A stretch of 64,000 nt of DNA, taken from NCBI RefSeq assembly GCF_964204645.1, contig NC_134033.1:8688655-8752654 (forward strand), read 5' to 3'. This DNA is from Tubulanus polymorphus. Its lineage: Eukaryota; Animalia; Nemertea. Positions within the stretch are counted from its first letter, which is position 1; every line of letters begins with the position of its first letter. Of this stretch, positions 11,901 through 23,005 are shown in pieces. The notes beneath the pieces are model-generated. The model saw only the letters and a list, made by a program, of their open reading frames with translations. It did no database searches and was not told where the DNA came from. The translations under genes and the position numbers were made by a program.

Positions 11901-14900
11901 TATCGTAGGTATACGTCAAGACGTTATCATCGTTTTTACCCGTCAAACGCATCATAATTACTCGTCAAAAACATCGTTTTTACCCGTCAAACACATCGTT
12001 TTTAACCCATCAAATAACGCATCAAATCATGTATTTGGACGAATATATGGACCTCACTGGATTTGTTTCATAGCCACCGTAAGGAAGATAGATGCCTATG
12101 ACTGCGAATGCAGGGGATGCAGAATTTTACAGGCAACCAGTCTTCGTCATTTGATGCGAAATTTGACGGGTAAAAACGAGATGTTTTCTCCACGGGTAAA
12201 TACAGTATATCGACGATTGCGATTTGACGCGTCAAATGAACATTCAGTTTTGACAGAATATCTACGATAGCGATTTTGACGCGTCAAAACATAGTTAGTT
12301 TTGACAGTCTACGATAGCGAATTGATTTTGTCAGAATATGTGATTTCATATTTGCCGCGTCAAAAACGATGTTATATCATATCATAAAAAACGATGTTTT
12401 GACGAGCATTTTATGTTGAGTTAAACGAGCAAATTCGATGTTTAGTTTTGACGGGTGAAAAATGAAAGTTTCACGAGTAAAATATGCAAGTTTGACGGGT
12501 AAATTTGATGTTTCATTTTGACAGAATATCTACGCCATAGTCTTTCCGGTTTTTATCAAAACGAAATCTAGAGACATTAGTACGAAATTATTAGATTCAT
12601 TTTTTATCCTCCCCGATTCAAGAAAATATATTCGTCAAAACACCTCGCAGTTCAAAGTAAAGAGAACATAGTTGTCTCATCTTTATCTTATTTCGCTCAA
12701 TCATAGGAAGGTGCTCCCTCTTAAAGTATCAGCAAAATGGACAAACTCTTTCAGCGTATTGCATGTTAAGATATCAGTTGCCAATAAAAATGCAAATTGT
12801 AGGCTTTATTTTTTCCAAAGCATTACGGCTACTGAATCTGCCCATTGTTCGTACTTCGTTGGCGCGTCCCTTCAATAACTTACCGAAACATCTAACAACG
12901 TACTCATTCACCCGGTTGTAGTTTGGGTTGGTAACAGCTGGTTCCTCCCACGACAAAACTATTTCAGTCGTTTTGATCCGAGAGGCCACGAGAGATGTCG
13001 GTTCCGAACAAAACGCAGTCTGGATAGGTTTACTTTTTTCGCCCGAAACGGATCGACCAAACTGAGTGACGAACTTGATTTCGAATACGTAAAATGTGGC
13101 AGACCGTAAACCATTAACTCGAAAGACATTATCTCCACCTTCGGCATACAGGAATTCACGTGTGACTCTGCGAGAGATATCATCATCGAATGCCCTAAAG
13201 ACGATTTGACAAGCAATAACTTGATTGTTCGGTCTATTAACTCTAAATGAAACACTTTCGTGATCTTTGCAGTGTGGTACAGGTTTATTTGGAGCACGGG
13301 GAATACCCAAGTACTCAATAGTAATGCCATCGGCAATCGCATCCATTTCAACGGGGCTTGGTGAAGCTTTAGATATCTTCAAAACAAATCCCTTCTCCTC
13401 ATCAGCCGAATTCTCCTCTACGAAACGCACGAATTTTCGCAGCTGGTCCCCGACATGAGCATTTTTCCACGCTTGATTAAACCAGGTGTTTTGTTCCGTG
13501 TAAGCGGTTTTGTTCAAAAATGCATCGGTCGCGTCCATCGGCTGTAGGATGTTCAATTTGAATATCACTATTTTCTTTCGATGGAAGATCGTGGACACGT
13601 CATTAGCCCCTTCATAATCAACGAGCAGTAATTTATCCGTATTGCTAACGTGATCCAGAATAACTTCAATCGCTGAAATCTCTCGCTTTCGTTTCATTAG
13701 AAAGGCAACTACATTTTTGTAGTCAAATGCCGATTTGTTCATTTCCGACAAAAGTTGAACGAGACCTATTTCACTATCTCCAGACTTTATGCCCGGTAGT
13801 ATTGTTTGTAACCTACCCTGTGTCCTTAGCTTATATTGCTCCAGTTCATTTTTTATCTGTGACAAAGCAGCTTTAATTGGATGGAAAAGTTGTGCTGGTT
13901 CTGTTCGTAGGAGACTATTGAGCTTAGCCTCAGTCAACTCTATCTCGTTCAACTTATTCAAAATCATTTTGGTTTGCACCTTCGCAATACGTTTAACTAT
14001 CGGATTTGATTTACTACAAAACCTATTTATAGGTGTTAGATACATGCGGATAATGGACGACTTGTTATAACCAGGAGCAACACCCATCTGGGAAGATATG
14101 GTGCTGTATGCTCGTACTGCGCCATCGAATGATGCTGGTTGTTTCGGTAAAATGAAATCCCCGAACAAGTTCACATCTATACTGTCCCTTAGTTTTTTTT
14201 CTGTTTCAGATACTTTTACACTGGCTTCACCGTGAATGCTGATTCCTGGTATTGATTTCACGGCCACGTGTAAGCTACCAGCAACATCTTGCCGCAATTC
14301 ATCTTTTTTTACGATTCGCGTAAATGACATTGTTGCCGACATTCCATACTCTAAAGAGCTCACAACATGGGTCGGTCCTTTCAAATCGCAATATTTCTCG
14401 TGACCGCTGTCTGGTCCTTTAACAGGTATTGTTTCAATGCGAGTGGTCGCCTCATAAGCTAGGTTGAAATTCTCTTCGTTATCTTCTACTACCTTGTTAC
14501 GGAGGAAATTAGCGTTCCCCGATATTTGAACCAAACCCCCTAATGTGAAAATAGATTACAGTGAGTCGTGGTGAACACTTCTTTTCAATTATATATACAT
14601 ATAATATAATATATATATATATATATATATTGAAAAAGTTACGTTTCTCACCTAAAAATTCGAGCGACAACTCGGCATCAACGGCCATGTGTGACAACCT
14701 TTCATATGCGGTTTTAGCTGCAAAAAATGTCGTTCTCGACGAATACATTGCTTTAGTGAACTTAGCAGAGTTAATTGTTCCGTGTTTCCATAAGAATGTG
14801 GTTAGATAGATATGATTGGTCCTGACGTCAAAGAGGCTACCAAGAATGACGGGTCGCCCCAGAACGAGTTCGTTCATTTCTCTCAAATCTGCACTATTGC

Positions 14901-17900
14901 CTCCTGTTTCACTGTCATTATTATTCGTTTTACCATTTGAACGTCGTCGACGCAATGAGTCAGTACCTGTACACTCACTTTCATATGAATCGTAGCTTTG
15001 GCGTTCCGGGCAGTAAGCTTTTTCATAAAATCTAGTTGCAGTGTTACACCTATAATACCAATCTTCGTCTGCACTAGCAGCGAATGAATTTATTCCGTGT
15101 ACACAATCTACAAACGAATTTACAAAATTAACCGCATTGAACTGAATTCATACATCAACCTTTTCCTTTCTATACAATATTGGAAATCTAGTCAACTAAC
15201 CTATCTCTCCAACAAACATATCTTCGACATCCGGTTCACTGATCTGTAATATGAAACATCAATCGTGTAGGTTGTCGAATAAACACTATCATCCGTGTAA
15301 ACTGTTGATAAATGAAAAAAATCCCACACTTCGAATTTAAAATTATACGATCAAATTTATTATTACGAAACCACAACGTTTCGGCTGTTGACTAACAGCT
15401 ATCATCAGGTGGAATGACCAGAAAAACAAGTAACAAAGCATATAAACTCACAGGATCTAAAATAGAAGCAGTGTGTCAAAACTAACGACAAACAGACCAA
15501 GCAATAAAACATCAAGGGGTACCGTAGAAACCACAGCAATTCTAAACAGTTCAGAGTAATTACAAATTATGTAACTACTTGATGAAAGTCCACTTCACTT
15601 AGTTACATAATCTGTTTTTACCGGTGGTGGTGATGGTTAATGTGATGCTGGATGTAATCGTAGTCGACCAGTCGTCTAGTTATTCAGTCACCCAGTCCCC
15701 CAATCAGTCGACCTGTTCTCTCTTCAACCAAGATAACGTTTCGCCTGTGAACAGCTTTCAAATCAGGTCAAAATGAAGAATCGAATCAGTTAATACATGG
15801 AATATGTCTCAATGCTTTTGCATCATTACCCCGAACTTCCAATGAACGGGTCTCTGGACGCGAGGCATTAAATAGCCGCTGTCCAGTGTCAACGAAGTCG
15901 CACACCATCCCGATTTCCACCCACGCTAATCATGAGAAGTGACGGTTGGCCGTTGAGTCGAGTTCAAGAACAGTTAATAGATGCGTCTTAAAATAAGATT
16001 GCATGTGACACGATCTTTGATAACATTAGAATTATGTAAAATTATTGGAGAATTTTGCTTACTTAATTTTTGATTCATGAATCAAACATTGAATCACAGA
16101 TTCAGGGTTTGTCGTTCTTTTTCCAATCTTCGCTATTTCCAAATCAAATTAGCCTGATTTATTGGGTCTGATTTTCGGCATTCGTATCATCTCCTGTCCT
16201 AATATTGGTTTCTTATTCATTTCGACTTTTATGTACTTAATTTGACAGACCTTGGCATAAAAAAATGTTTACACTATTCTGATGGCCATCAATATTGAAT
16301 TGTTTTGTTTATCGTTGTTTGTTTGAAAAAATCAAATTCGCTATGATTTGAAACACAATTTACATGCAATTTCATAATGAATTAAGTCCCACATCAACAT
16401 CAATTGTCCTCAAAATTTCGTTTGTTGATTTTCCTGGTTATGAAATGATTAAAAAATGGGTGGTATTTCACAGTTAATTAGGAACAGTTAGATTTACGGA
16501 CGAATCATGAAAGGCTAATATCTGGTGTGTTGAAATACACCTCCATTTCGTACCGTTCAAGGGCAATAAGGAAATCGTCATCTTATCATTAAAGAGGGTG
16601 AAGTTAAAGTGCGGTGAGACGCTACTTCGAGTCGGCCAGCCAACTTTGTGTCGCAGTTTTTTGATAGATATAAAATATGATCAGTCGATGGGTCAATTGA
16701 AAAATATTAAGTATACTCGTTAATTATGACTCGAATACATGGTGTGAACCAGAAGTTTCAGGACTATAATTGAAATATTTGGATGTATTTGTTTCTCAGA
16801 AATTCAATAATAACCTATCGTAAGGGACTTCAGCTACCGCCTGTTTAAGGCCTCGTACAGCTGCGGGCAAAAAATCTTTCATTCCTCACATAACCGAAGA
16901 TTGGAAAAAATTACCGCTTCATTGGACAATTTTATAACTTCTTTTAAGACTATGACTCTAATAACTTATCTTAACCGATATCGTCCACCAGAATATGATA
17001 TAAGTGTCGCAAGACACCTCAAAATTATCCTTAACAGAATGTGAAACAAAGCTGTGGATTAAACGCTGATCGTCATAATAATTTTACACAAGATGTTTTC
17101 TACTTTAGCTGTGGGAGTATTCAAACCGCCTGTAGGTAACTGTATCTAAGGCAAATGTAGCATGTGATTAATATGTTAATGAGAAAAATAAGGTAACAGA
17201 AGGATGCTCACAAATGTCCCAAGATTGCCCTACCCAACCACATCATGTGTAAATCTACCTTATCGTGCTATTCATGGTAATCACTTTCAAAATGGTTGAC
17301 TGGCAGTAACCATGTGCTACGCACATTGCATGGCATTAATCAAACATGTGGCTGTATAAAATAAGCCCTATCAACCGTAATGAATATGATGCCAATTTCA
17401 TTAAAAAAACGTAGAAACCAATTGAAATGATAGTTTTAAATAGTTGTGTAGATGTAAATTAAAAAGAATTTGCCAGTTTATATCTGATATCAACTACCAT
17501 GCAAAACATGTCTGTAAGGTATAACGGGAATAAATCTCAATGATATCCCATTTCTAATGAGCAGACTTAGAGGTATCGGCGATGATAATGCCATCTAGAT
17601 TACGTTGGATATGGCAACAAATCATTTTGTTTTTTGCGCACACCAGCAACACAATTTGGATTGAAACAAAATACACAAGTGCATATTGATATGCCGGTAC
17701 TGACCTACACCTATATTTATAAGGGTTGGTGCGGTCTGTGCTCTTTAAATTTTTTTGGTATGAAATGAAAGATACTGTCAGCGTGTATGTTTCAGTATCG
17801 ATTTTCTGCCATACGATAAAGTTTAGGTACACTATTTGACCATTTGAGTTTGGACGCTCCGCGTGACGTCACTGCGCGCGATGATCTAAACACACATTTG

Positions 17901-18642
17901 CGAAATGTGAGCATCATCTGTTGCTTAGTGTTTGAATACAGGGACGCGGGTGACCCGAATTCACCTCCTCGTATACCGTATAAAAGGAACCGAAAAAGTT
18001 TCCTAGGTTAATTCGACTCAAATAAACATCATATATGTAAATTCAACCCATCCAAATCAATTCAAGTTAAATAAGAGGGTACAATGTTAAAATGAAAACA
18101 TATCCATGGTTTTCACGCGAGAAGCAAAATAATCAACCCATGATAAAGCACATCCTTGGACGGGTTCTTTCCTATTCATTTATAATCTATTAGGCTACGT
18201 ACGTAATATTCGAACCCTATATTCTAACAGGCTATGTTTGTTCCCACTGGCACTAAGGATTTTTAAGGCACTAAGGATTTTTAAACTCAGGAGTTTGCGA
18301 GAATGTCGTCATTACGTAAATCATCGCCGGTCCAAAAGAAAACATATCATTCAACTAATCTAACAATATCGACTTTTTATACAATTGTATGATGGGCAAA
18401 AGATAAATTAATTCCATTAAATCGTGGTTTACAGTGGCAAAAACCTGTCCTATAGGACGATACATTACCCGAAAACAATAGTCGCTGGTTTATTACAGGT
18501 TTATTACATTTCTCGGTTCTCAATCATTATTGGGCATTAGTAGAATGCACGAGTAGAATGCAATGTGGATAGAGTGCAATCTTACCTTACAGCTGGATAA
18601 AACTGCAAAAGCCAACAGCCACAAACATATTTCGAGAAGCAT
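8694..18642 (-). CDS. Secreted stonustoxin/verrucotoxin-like (MACPF/CDC-fold) protein with chitin-binding-like N-terminus, 3 FN3 domains and C-terminal Cys module; 8 coding exons, about 1002 aa
   Basis: Exons 18642-18586, 15243-15201, 15107-14652, 14539-12884, 11463-11054, 9694-9577, 9150-9115 and 8926-8694 all have GT..AG boundaries and compatible phases, totalling 3009 nt with no internal stop. SNTX-family motifs: LGRPVILGSLFD, FLGGLVQISGNANFL, THVVSSLEYG, IPGISIHGEASV, FGDFILPKQPASFDGAV, KREISAI. Confidence 0.88.
9115..9150 (-). CDS. Toxin-like gene 36-nt exon (DSGLNAIGNRLK)
   Basis: tttttaag acceptor and G|gtgagt donor; symmetric phase 1-1. Confidence 0.65.
9577..9694 (-). CDS. Toxin-like gene exon: last strand of FN3-3 and helical neck
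   Basis: ttttag acceptor; VVELIYGGSSEYSPTRIVQT completes the FN3; G|gtatgt donor. Confidence 0.8.
10160..10368. mobile_element. Penelope-like element remnant (inverted pseudo-LTR pieces) with hammerhead core
   Basis: About 45-bp imperfect inverted repeats (10162-10207 vs 10315-10367) around CTGATGA-TGGCTAACagttGTTAGCC-GAAACGTC at 10256-10289. Confidence 0.55.
11054..11463 (-). CDS. Toxin-like gene exon: FN3-2 end and most of FN3-3
   Basis: ttaacag acceptor; LQAYTDYKCRV, ISLEWDAP, LSGLKELHTYQIKIK are FN3 signatures; AAG|gtgaac donor. Confidence 0.88.
11701..12540. mobile_element. 840-bp foldback non-autonomous DNA transposon in an intron
   Basis: TIRs CTATGGC(A/G)TAGATATTC..; arms made of TTTTACCCGTCAAAC-like subrepeats in opposite orientation; 4-bp TSD TCTT at 11697-11700 and 12541-12544. 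Confidence 0.85.
12884..14539 (-). CDS. Toxin-like gene main exon: SNTX pore-forming and helical domains, thioredoxin-like region, FN3-1, start of FN3-2
   Basis: Core of ORF 12774..14534; cattag acceptor, G|gtaagt donor. Confidence 0.92.
14590..14630. repeat. (TA)n microsatellite in a 112-nt intron
   Basis: Direct reading. Confidence 0.9.
14652..15107 (-). CDS. Toxin-like gene exon: CBM14-like module, RRRR site, start of SNTX domain
   Basis: tttgtag acceptor; CVHG...WYYRC...YCPERQSYDSYESEC, LRRRRS, LGRPVILG; G|gtgag donor. Confidence 0.85.
15201..15243 (-). CDS. Toxin-like gene, 43-nt exon (ISEPDVEDMFVGEI)
   Basis: ttacag acceptor and G|gttagt donor; converts phase 0 to phase 1 as required to join its neighbours. 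Confidence 0.7.
15371..15412 (-). ncRNA. Minimal type I hammerhead ribozyme (Penelope-type)
   Basis: Minus strand CCAC-CTGATGA-TAGCTGTTagtcAACAGCC-GAAACGTT-GTGG: stem I CCAC/GTGG, conserved core, stem II, palindromic ACGT stem III. Confidence 0.75.
18586..18642 (-). CDS. Toxin-like gene, first coding exon (signal peptide MLLEICLWLLAFAVLSSCK)
   Basis: ATG in AAGATG context after a polypyrimidine-CAG acceptor (~18684); hydrophobic core; AAG|gtaag donor. Confidence 0.75.
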
Positions 18643-18915
18643 CTTAATTTTTTCTACAAAATTAACGAGCGTCCTTGGGATACTGTAAGAAAAACAGAAA
18701 GGTTTGTAGTAACATTCACTTTAGGGGCTGTGCTGTCTCTAGTGCCCCTAGCCTCACCTGCGAAAATACGTAAGTGTCACCAACACCTGGAAATTGGTTC
18801 GGCCAAGTAATATTCTTGTCAGATTAACCTTGTATAACCAATCGACTTGCCATAAACCTAGTTTGATTGGTAGGTGTGTCTAGAGGTTCGCTGGCTCAGG
18901 GGAGCTCGAACTTGG

Positions 18916-21900
18916 GCATTCGGGCTCGACACATGAGAGCAGCAACTAGGCCTAATAGATAGTGGACTAGAACTTAAATTCCGTTAACTATTGAGATGAG
19001 TTGGAGTTATTATGTGTGTATTTTCGAATAGGTATGAAGTTTATAGTCATTCAGTGGTTATTTTACTAGGCCTCTCTGTAGGATTTTAAGATGTTTATTA
19101 GTTTTAGTCTGTATTAACTAGCACAATTTTTCCCGTGCAACTATATTTCATCATTTAGTAATAATAACTGTTATTTTCCCTCGAATTACAACACGATTAT
19201 ACATACAAAGTTATATAAAAGAATACAAGGGTACTGTTGTATATAAGTGTCATCATGGGCGCATAGAAAATGTGACGTTTTAGGGTTTTGAATCTATCAA
19301 TTTCTAAATAGAACTTTTTCCTAGTATTACGTCGGTGTATTTCGAATTTTGATCTCAAATAACCGTTGAAAGATGCAGGCAGTAAGGAATTGGCAAATTT
19401 ATAAACGAAAACAGCTAGTTGTAAGTCATTAATATCGCGGAGTTTCAAGATTTTTAAACGTTTGAATATGGGATCTGTATGTGCTAGGTAATTTGAATGA
19501 GAAATTAATCTTACAGCTCTCTTCTGTAATAGTACAAGTGGGTTCAAAATAGTTCCAGAATTTGTACCCCAAATCATATTGCAATATTGGAGATAAGGGT
19601 CAATCATAGAAAAGTATAGAGTCACTAAGGATTTAGATGGTAGTTTATTTTTTATTGTATTTAAAATGCCTATCCTACAGGCATTTTTTTTACTAACCGA
19701 TTTAATATGGTCCTTCCAAGTTAACTTGTCATCAATTTAAACTCCCAAAAATTTGTAACATGGACCTGATTGATTCTTTTACCATCGATGTATAATCTAA
19801 TATTGGCATAATTGACTTTACTAAATACAATAAAAAGGTTTTTTTTACATTCAGTGATAATTTATTGGCACGAAACCAATCAACCAGTTTTGATAGTTCT
19901 GAGTTAAAAGTTTTACATAATTCTTTGATGTTCCAATCACTAAGGAAACAGTTCGTATCATCTGCGAACAAAATGAATTTCAAAATGTTGGAGGCTTTAG
20001 TGCAGTCATTAATGTATAATAGAAATAAAAGTGGTCCTAATATTGATCCTTGAGGGACTCCAGAATGTATACGCAGAGGTTTTGAATTTATATGATCTAA
20101 TTGAACAATTTGGGTCCTGTTACTTAAATAATTCCTGAACCAATTTAGTGGGACACCTTTGATTCCGTAATGACATAATTTTTCTAAAAGAATATCGTGA
20201 TTAACCGTATCAAATGCCTTCGACAAATCTAAAAATATACCAATAGTTTGACGGTTAACATCCATATTAGCTGTAATTTCGTCAGTAATCTTTACTAAAG
20301 CTAAAGTTGTTGAGTGCTTTCTTCTAAATCCAAATTGATTTTGATTTATGAGTGAGAATTTATCACAAAATGAAACCAGGCGATTATGAACTAATTTTTC
20401 AAGAATTTTTGAAAAGCATGGTAATACCGAGATTGGTCGATAATTATCGAACGACGCCGTGTTACCTGTCTTAAAAATGGGGCACACTCGAGCTGTTTTT
20501 AGTTCCTCAGGAATGATTCCAGTTTGGAGACTGCAGTTAAAAATGTGAGCCAACGGAGTTTTTATAATATCAATTACGTCTTTTATAACCTTTATAGAGA
20601 TACCGTCAACACCGATACCTTTTTTACAAGAAAATGATTTGACTATTTCACATATTTCATCAGGATCTGTCAGAAAGAAGAAAACATTTTCACGAGAAGG
20701 ATCCTCTAAATAAACACTGAATTGAGTTTTGAATTTGGTATTGAACTTGCTAGTTTCTGACCAATGTTTACAAAAGAGGAGTTGAATTCATCAGCTATAT
20801 TTTGTTTTCCGGATATTTCGGTATCATTTAAAAGAAAAACATCAGGTAATTTATCTCTACATGATTTTTTCCCAATTACATTATTAATAGTATTCCATGT
20901 TTTTTTCATATCTTTTTTTGCTAATAATGGTTTATGATCGTAGTATTGCTTTTCCGCCTGCCTAAGTAATCTTGTCAGAATGCGTTTATAGGACAGGTAT
21001 CGCTCTTTTTTTCTGTATTATAGGGACTCGAAAAGATTTCTATAAAGACAGTTCTTACGTTTGATTGATTTTAACAAACCACTTGTAAGCCAAGGCTTAA
21101 GATTATTTTTACTAGTAGATTTACAAGTGAAATAAGGGAAACATTCGTTATACAACGCTGAAAATTCAGACTTAAATGAATTATAAGCAAATTGAGGATC
21201 ATAGTTGTTATAAATTGCTGACCAGTAGCAAGCTAGTAGCCGTCTTTCAAATTTTGCCTTATTACGGCAGTTAAAATTCCGGAATTTTGCTGCTAAATTG
21301 CTTTTCGTAGTTACATACTGATCACTCTCAGTAAAAACCGGGAAATGGTCAGAATCTGTACAGAGGATGCCACTAGTAAATACACTAAATCATTACAAAA
21401 AATATTATCAATGACAGTAGCTGAAGTGTTATTTATTCTTGTGGGTTTATTTATCAATGGGAATAATGAATAGGTCGTAATACTGTCGAAGAAAGTTTCA
21501 GTTTGCTTATGGGTACAAAGTTTAAGTAAATCGATATTGAAATCTCCCATAAAATAAACTATTTTGTTTTCATTGTTGATTTTATCTAAGAGTAATTTAA
21601 ATTCATTAGTTAAATCATTTACACTAAGGTCTGGGGGTCTATAGACTATACCGATAATTTTGTTTTTCTGTTTTCCAAAGTCAATTTCAATAAAAAGCGA
21701 TTCAAATATAGATGTATTTCCCGAAAGATCGGTTCTAACTTTGGCTTTCAGCGTACTTTTATAGTAAATAGCTACTCCGCCACCGTGATCCCGACCGACA
21801 TTTGCGCGATCGCGGTTCTTGAATATATTATTGTATCCAGATAAACTATATAATCTGTTATTATCAGCATTGTCCCTGGTCCACGTTTCAGTGAGACCAA

Positions 21901-22160
21901 TGACTGAAAAGTTAGTCTTAATACAATTATTTATATAGGCGTCGAAATTATCGAAATTTTTGCTACAACTTCGTATGTTAAAAGCACATAACGAAAATTT
22001 GTTTTCATGGCGAATAAATGAACTCTCATCATAATATTGACAGTTATTTGTAATGGACATAAATTACACGGTTGTAACAGGCGAATCCATACACGCCAAA
22101 TTTTATATTTTTTGGCTGTTTGTAGATTACTGGGGCTGATATCAGTCGATGATGTCTCGC
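18916..22160 (-). mobile_element. CR1-group (CR1/Crack-like) LINE, ORF2 frameshifted
   Basis: APE endonuclease (NIRS, IGLTETW, GGGVAIY, IVYRPP, GDFNID, PTR...IDNIF; 21311-22060); RT (QFGFR, DLSKAFDTV, GVPQGSILGP, FADDT; 19732-20553); C-terminus (PYLQYC..WG, LQKRAVR; 19197-19625). Confidence 0.9.
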
Positions 22161-22579
22161 TGCGCATATATCATATATAACCATGTATCATTTATATCGT
22201 CCGCATTCGGGCTCGACACCTCAGAGCTCGCAACTAGTAAAACAGCAGACTATATCTTCAGTCTCGTTTTCGTTAACTATTAAGGAATTGGTAACGGGAC
22301 TAAAACTCCGTTAACTCACGTTGCCTCTTACTAGGCACTAGTTTGTGGCAGTCCCTCAAAGACTCCAGTTGCGATAATTAAGTAATCTCGTGAAGCTATA
22401 TTGTAAGATGACCATTCCCAAGTGAGTCGGTAAGACTTCAATAGCGGTCCAAACTGGTTCCCGAAACCAAGCTAGACGAATGCTCCTGCCAAATACAGTA
22501 CAAAGCTACAGAACATATCTCACCGGGGAAAATGTGGACAAATTGAATGGTATTTTATAAATCTCTGTGTTACGTGACA

Positions 22580-23005
22580 TTGCGGTATGCGGTAGGAAAT
22601 CCCTCTAACGCGTAATCTCAAACTCAAGCAGTCAAATATCTGCCATCAGGAAGGACATTTAAAAAGTTCAAACGAAGACTACGATTGCAAATATCGGTCC
22701 TTAACCTCTGATGAAATAGGAAATACATAGCTTTAACATATAATTAGATTTTTCAAAATGAATTAAGTTTTTACACACGCTTAAGATGTGCGGTGCCTTG
22801 TACACATCATCACAATTGTTGCTTTCGAAGAACCCGCCAATTACCAGCAACAATCTGCATTTCACTTCATTTCATAACATATAAATTTAGTTTATCAAGG
22901 AAGGCACTGCAGAGCTTATTGGTATGTTTTAAAAAAGAATGGAAATCATCGCAACAATGGGGACATCGAGGGACCGCCACAAAATGGCACCTAGAAACTT
23001 TGAAT
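22580..23005 (+). repeat. Diverged single arm of the TIR element at 42430-43948
   Basis: Shares cgcaacaatggggac.tcgagggaccgccacaaaatggc.cctagaaact and upstream sequence with 43490-43935. Confidence 0.75.

Noticed and set aside
11745-12010. Regularly spaced 15-mer repeats resembling a CRISPR array
   Set aside because: Degenerate, mirrored on the opposite arm and without unique spacers or cas genes; these are subterminal repeats of a foldback transposon
12672-14809. Short plus-strand and alternative-frame ORFs overlapping the toxin-like gene
   Set aside because: Shadow ORFs of a strong coding region
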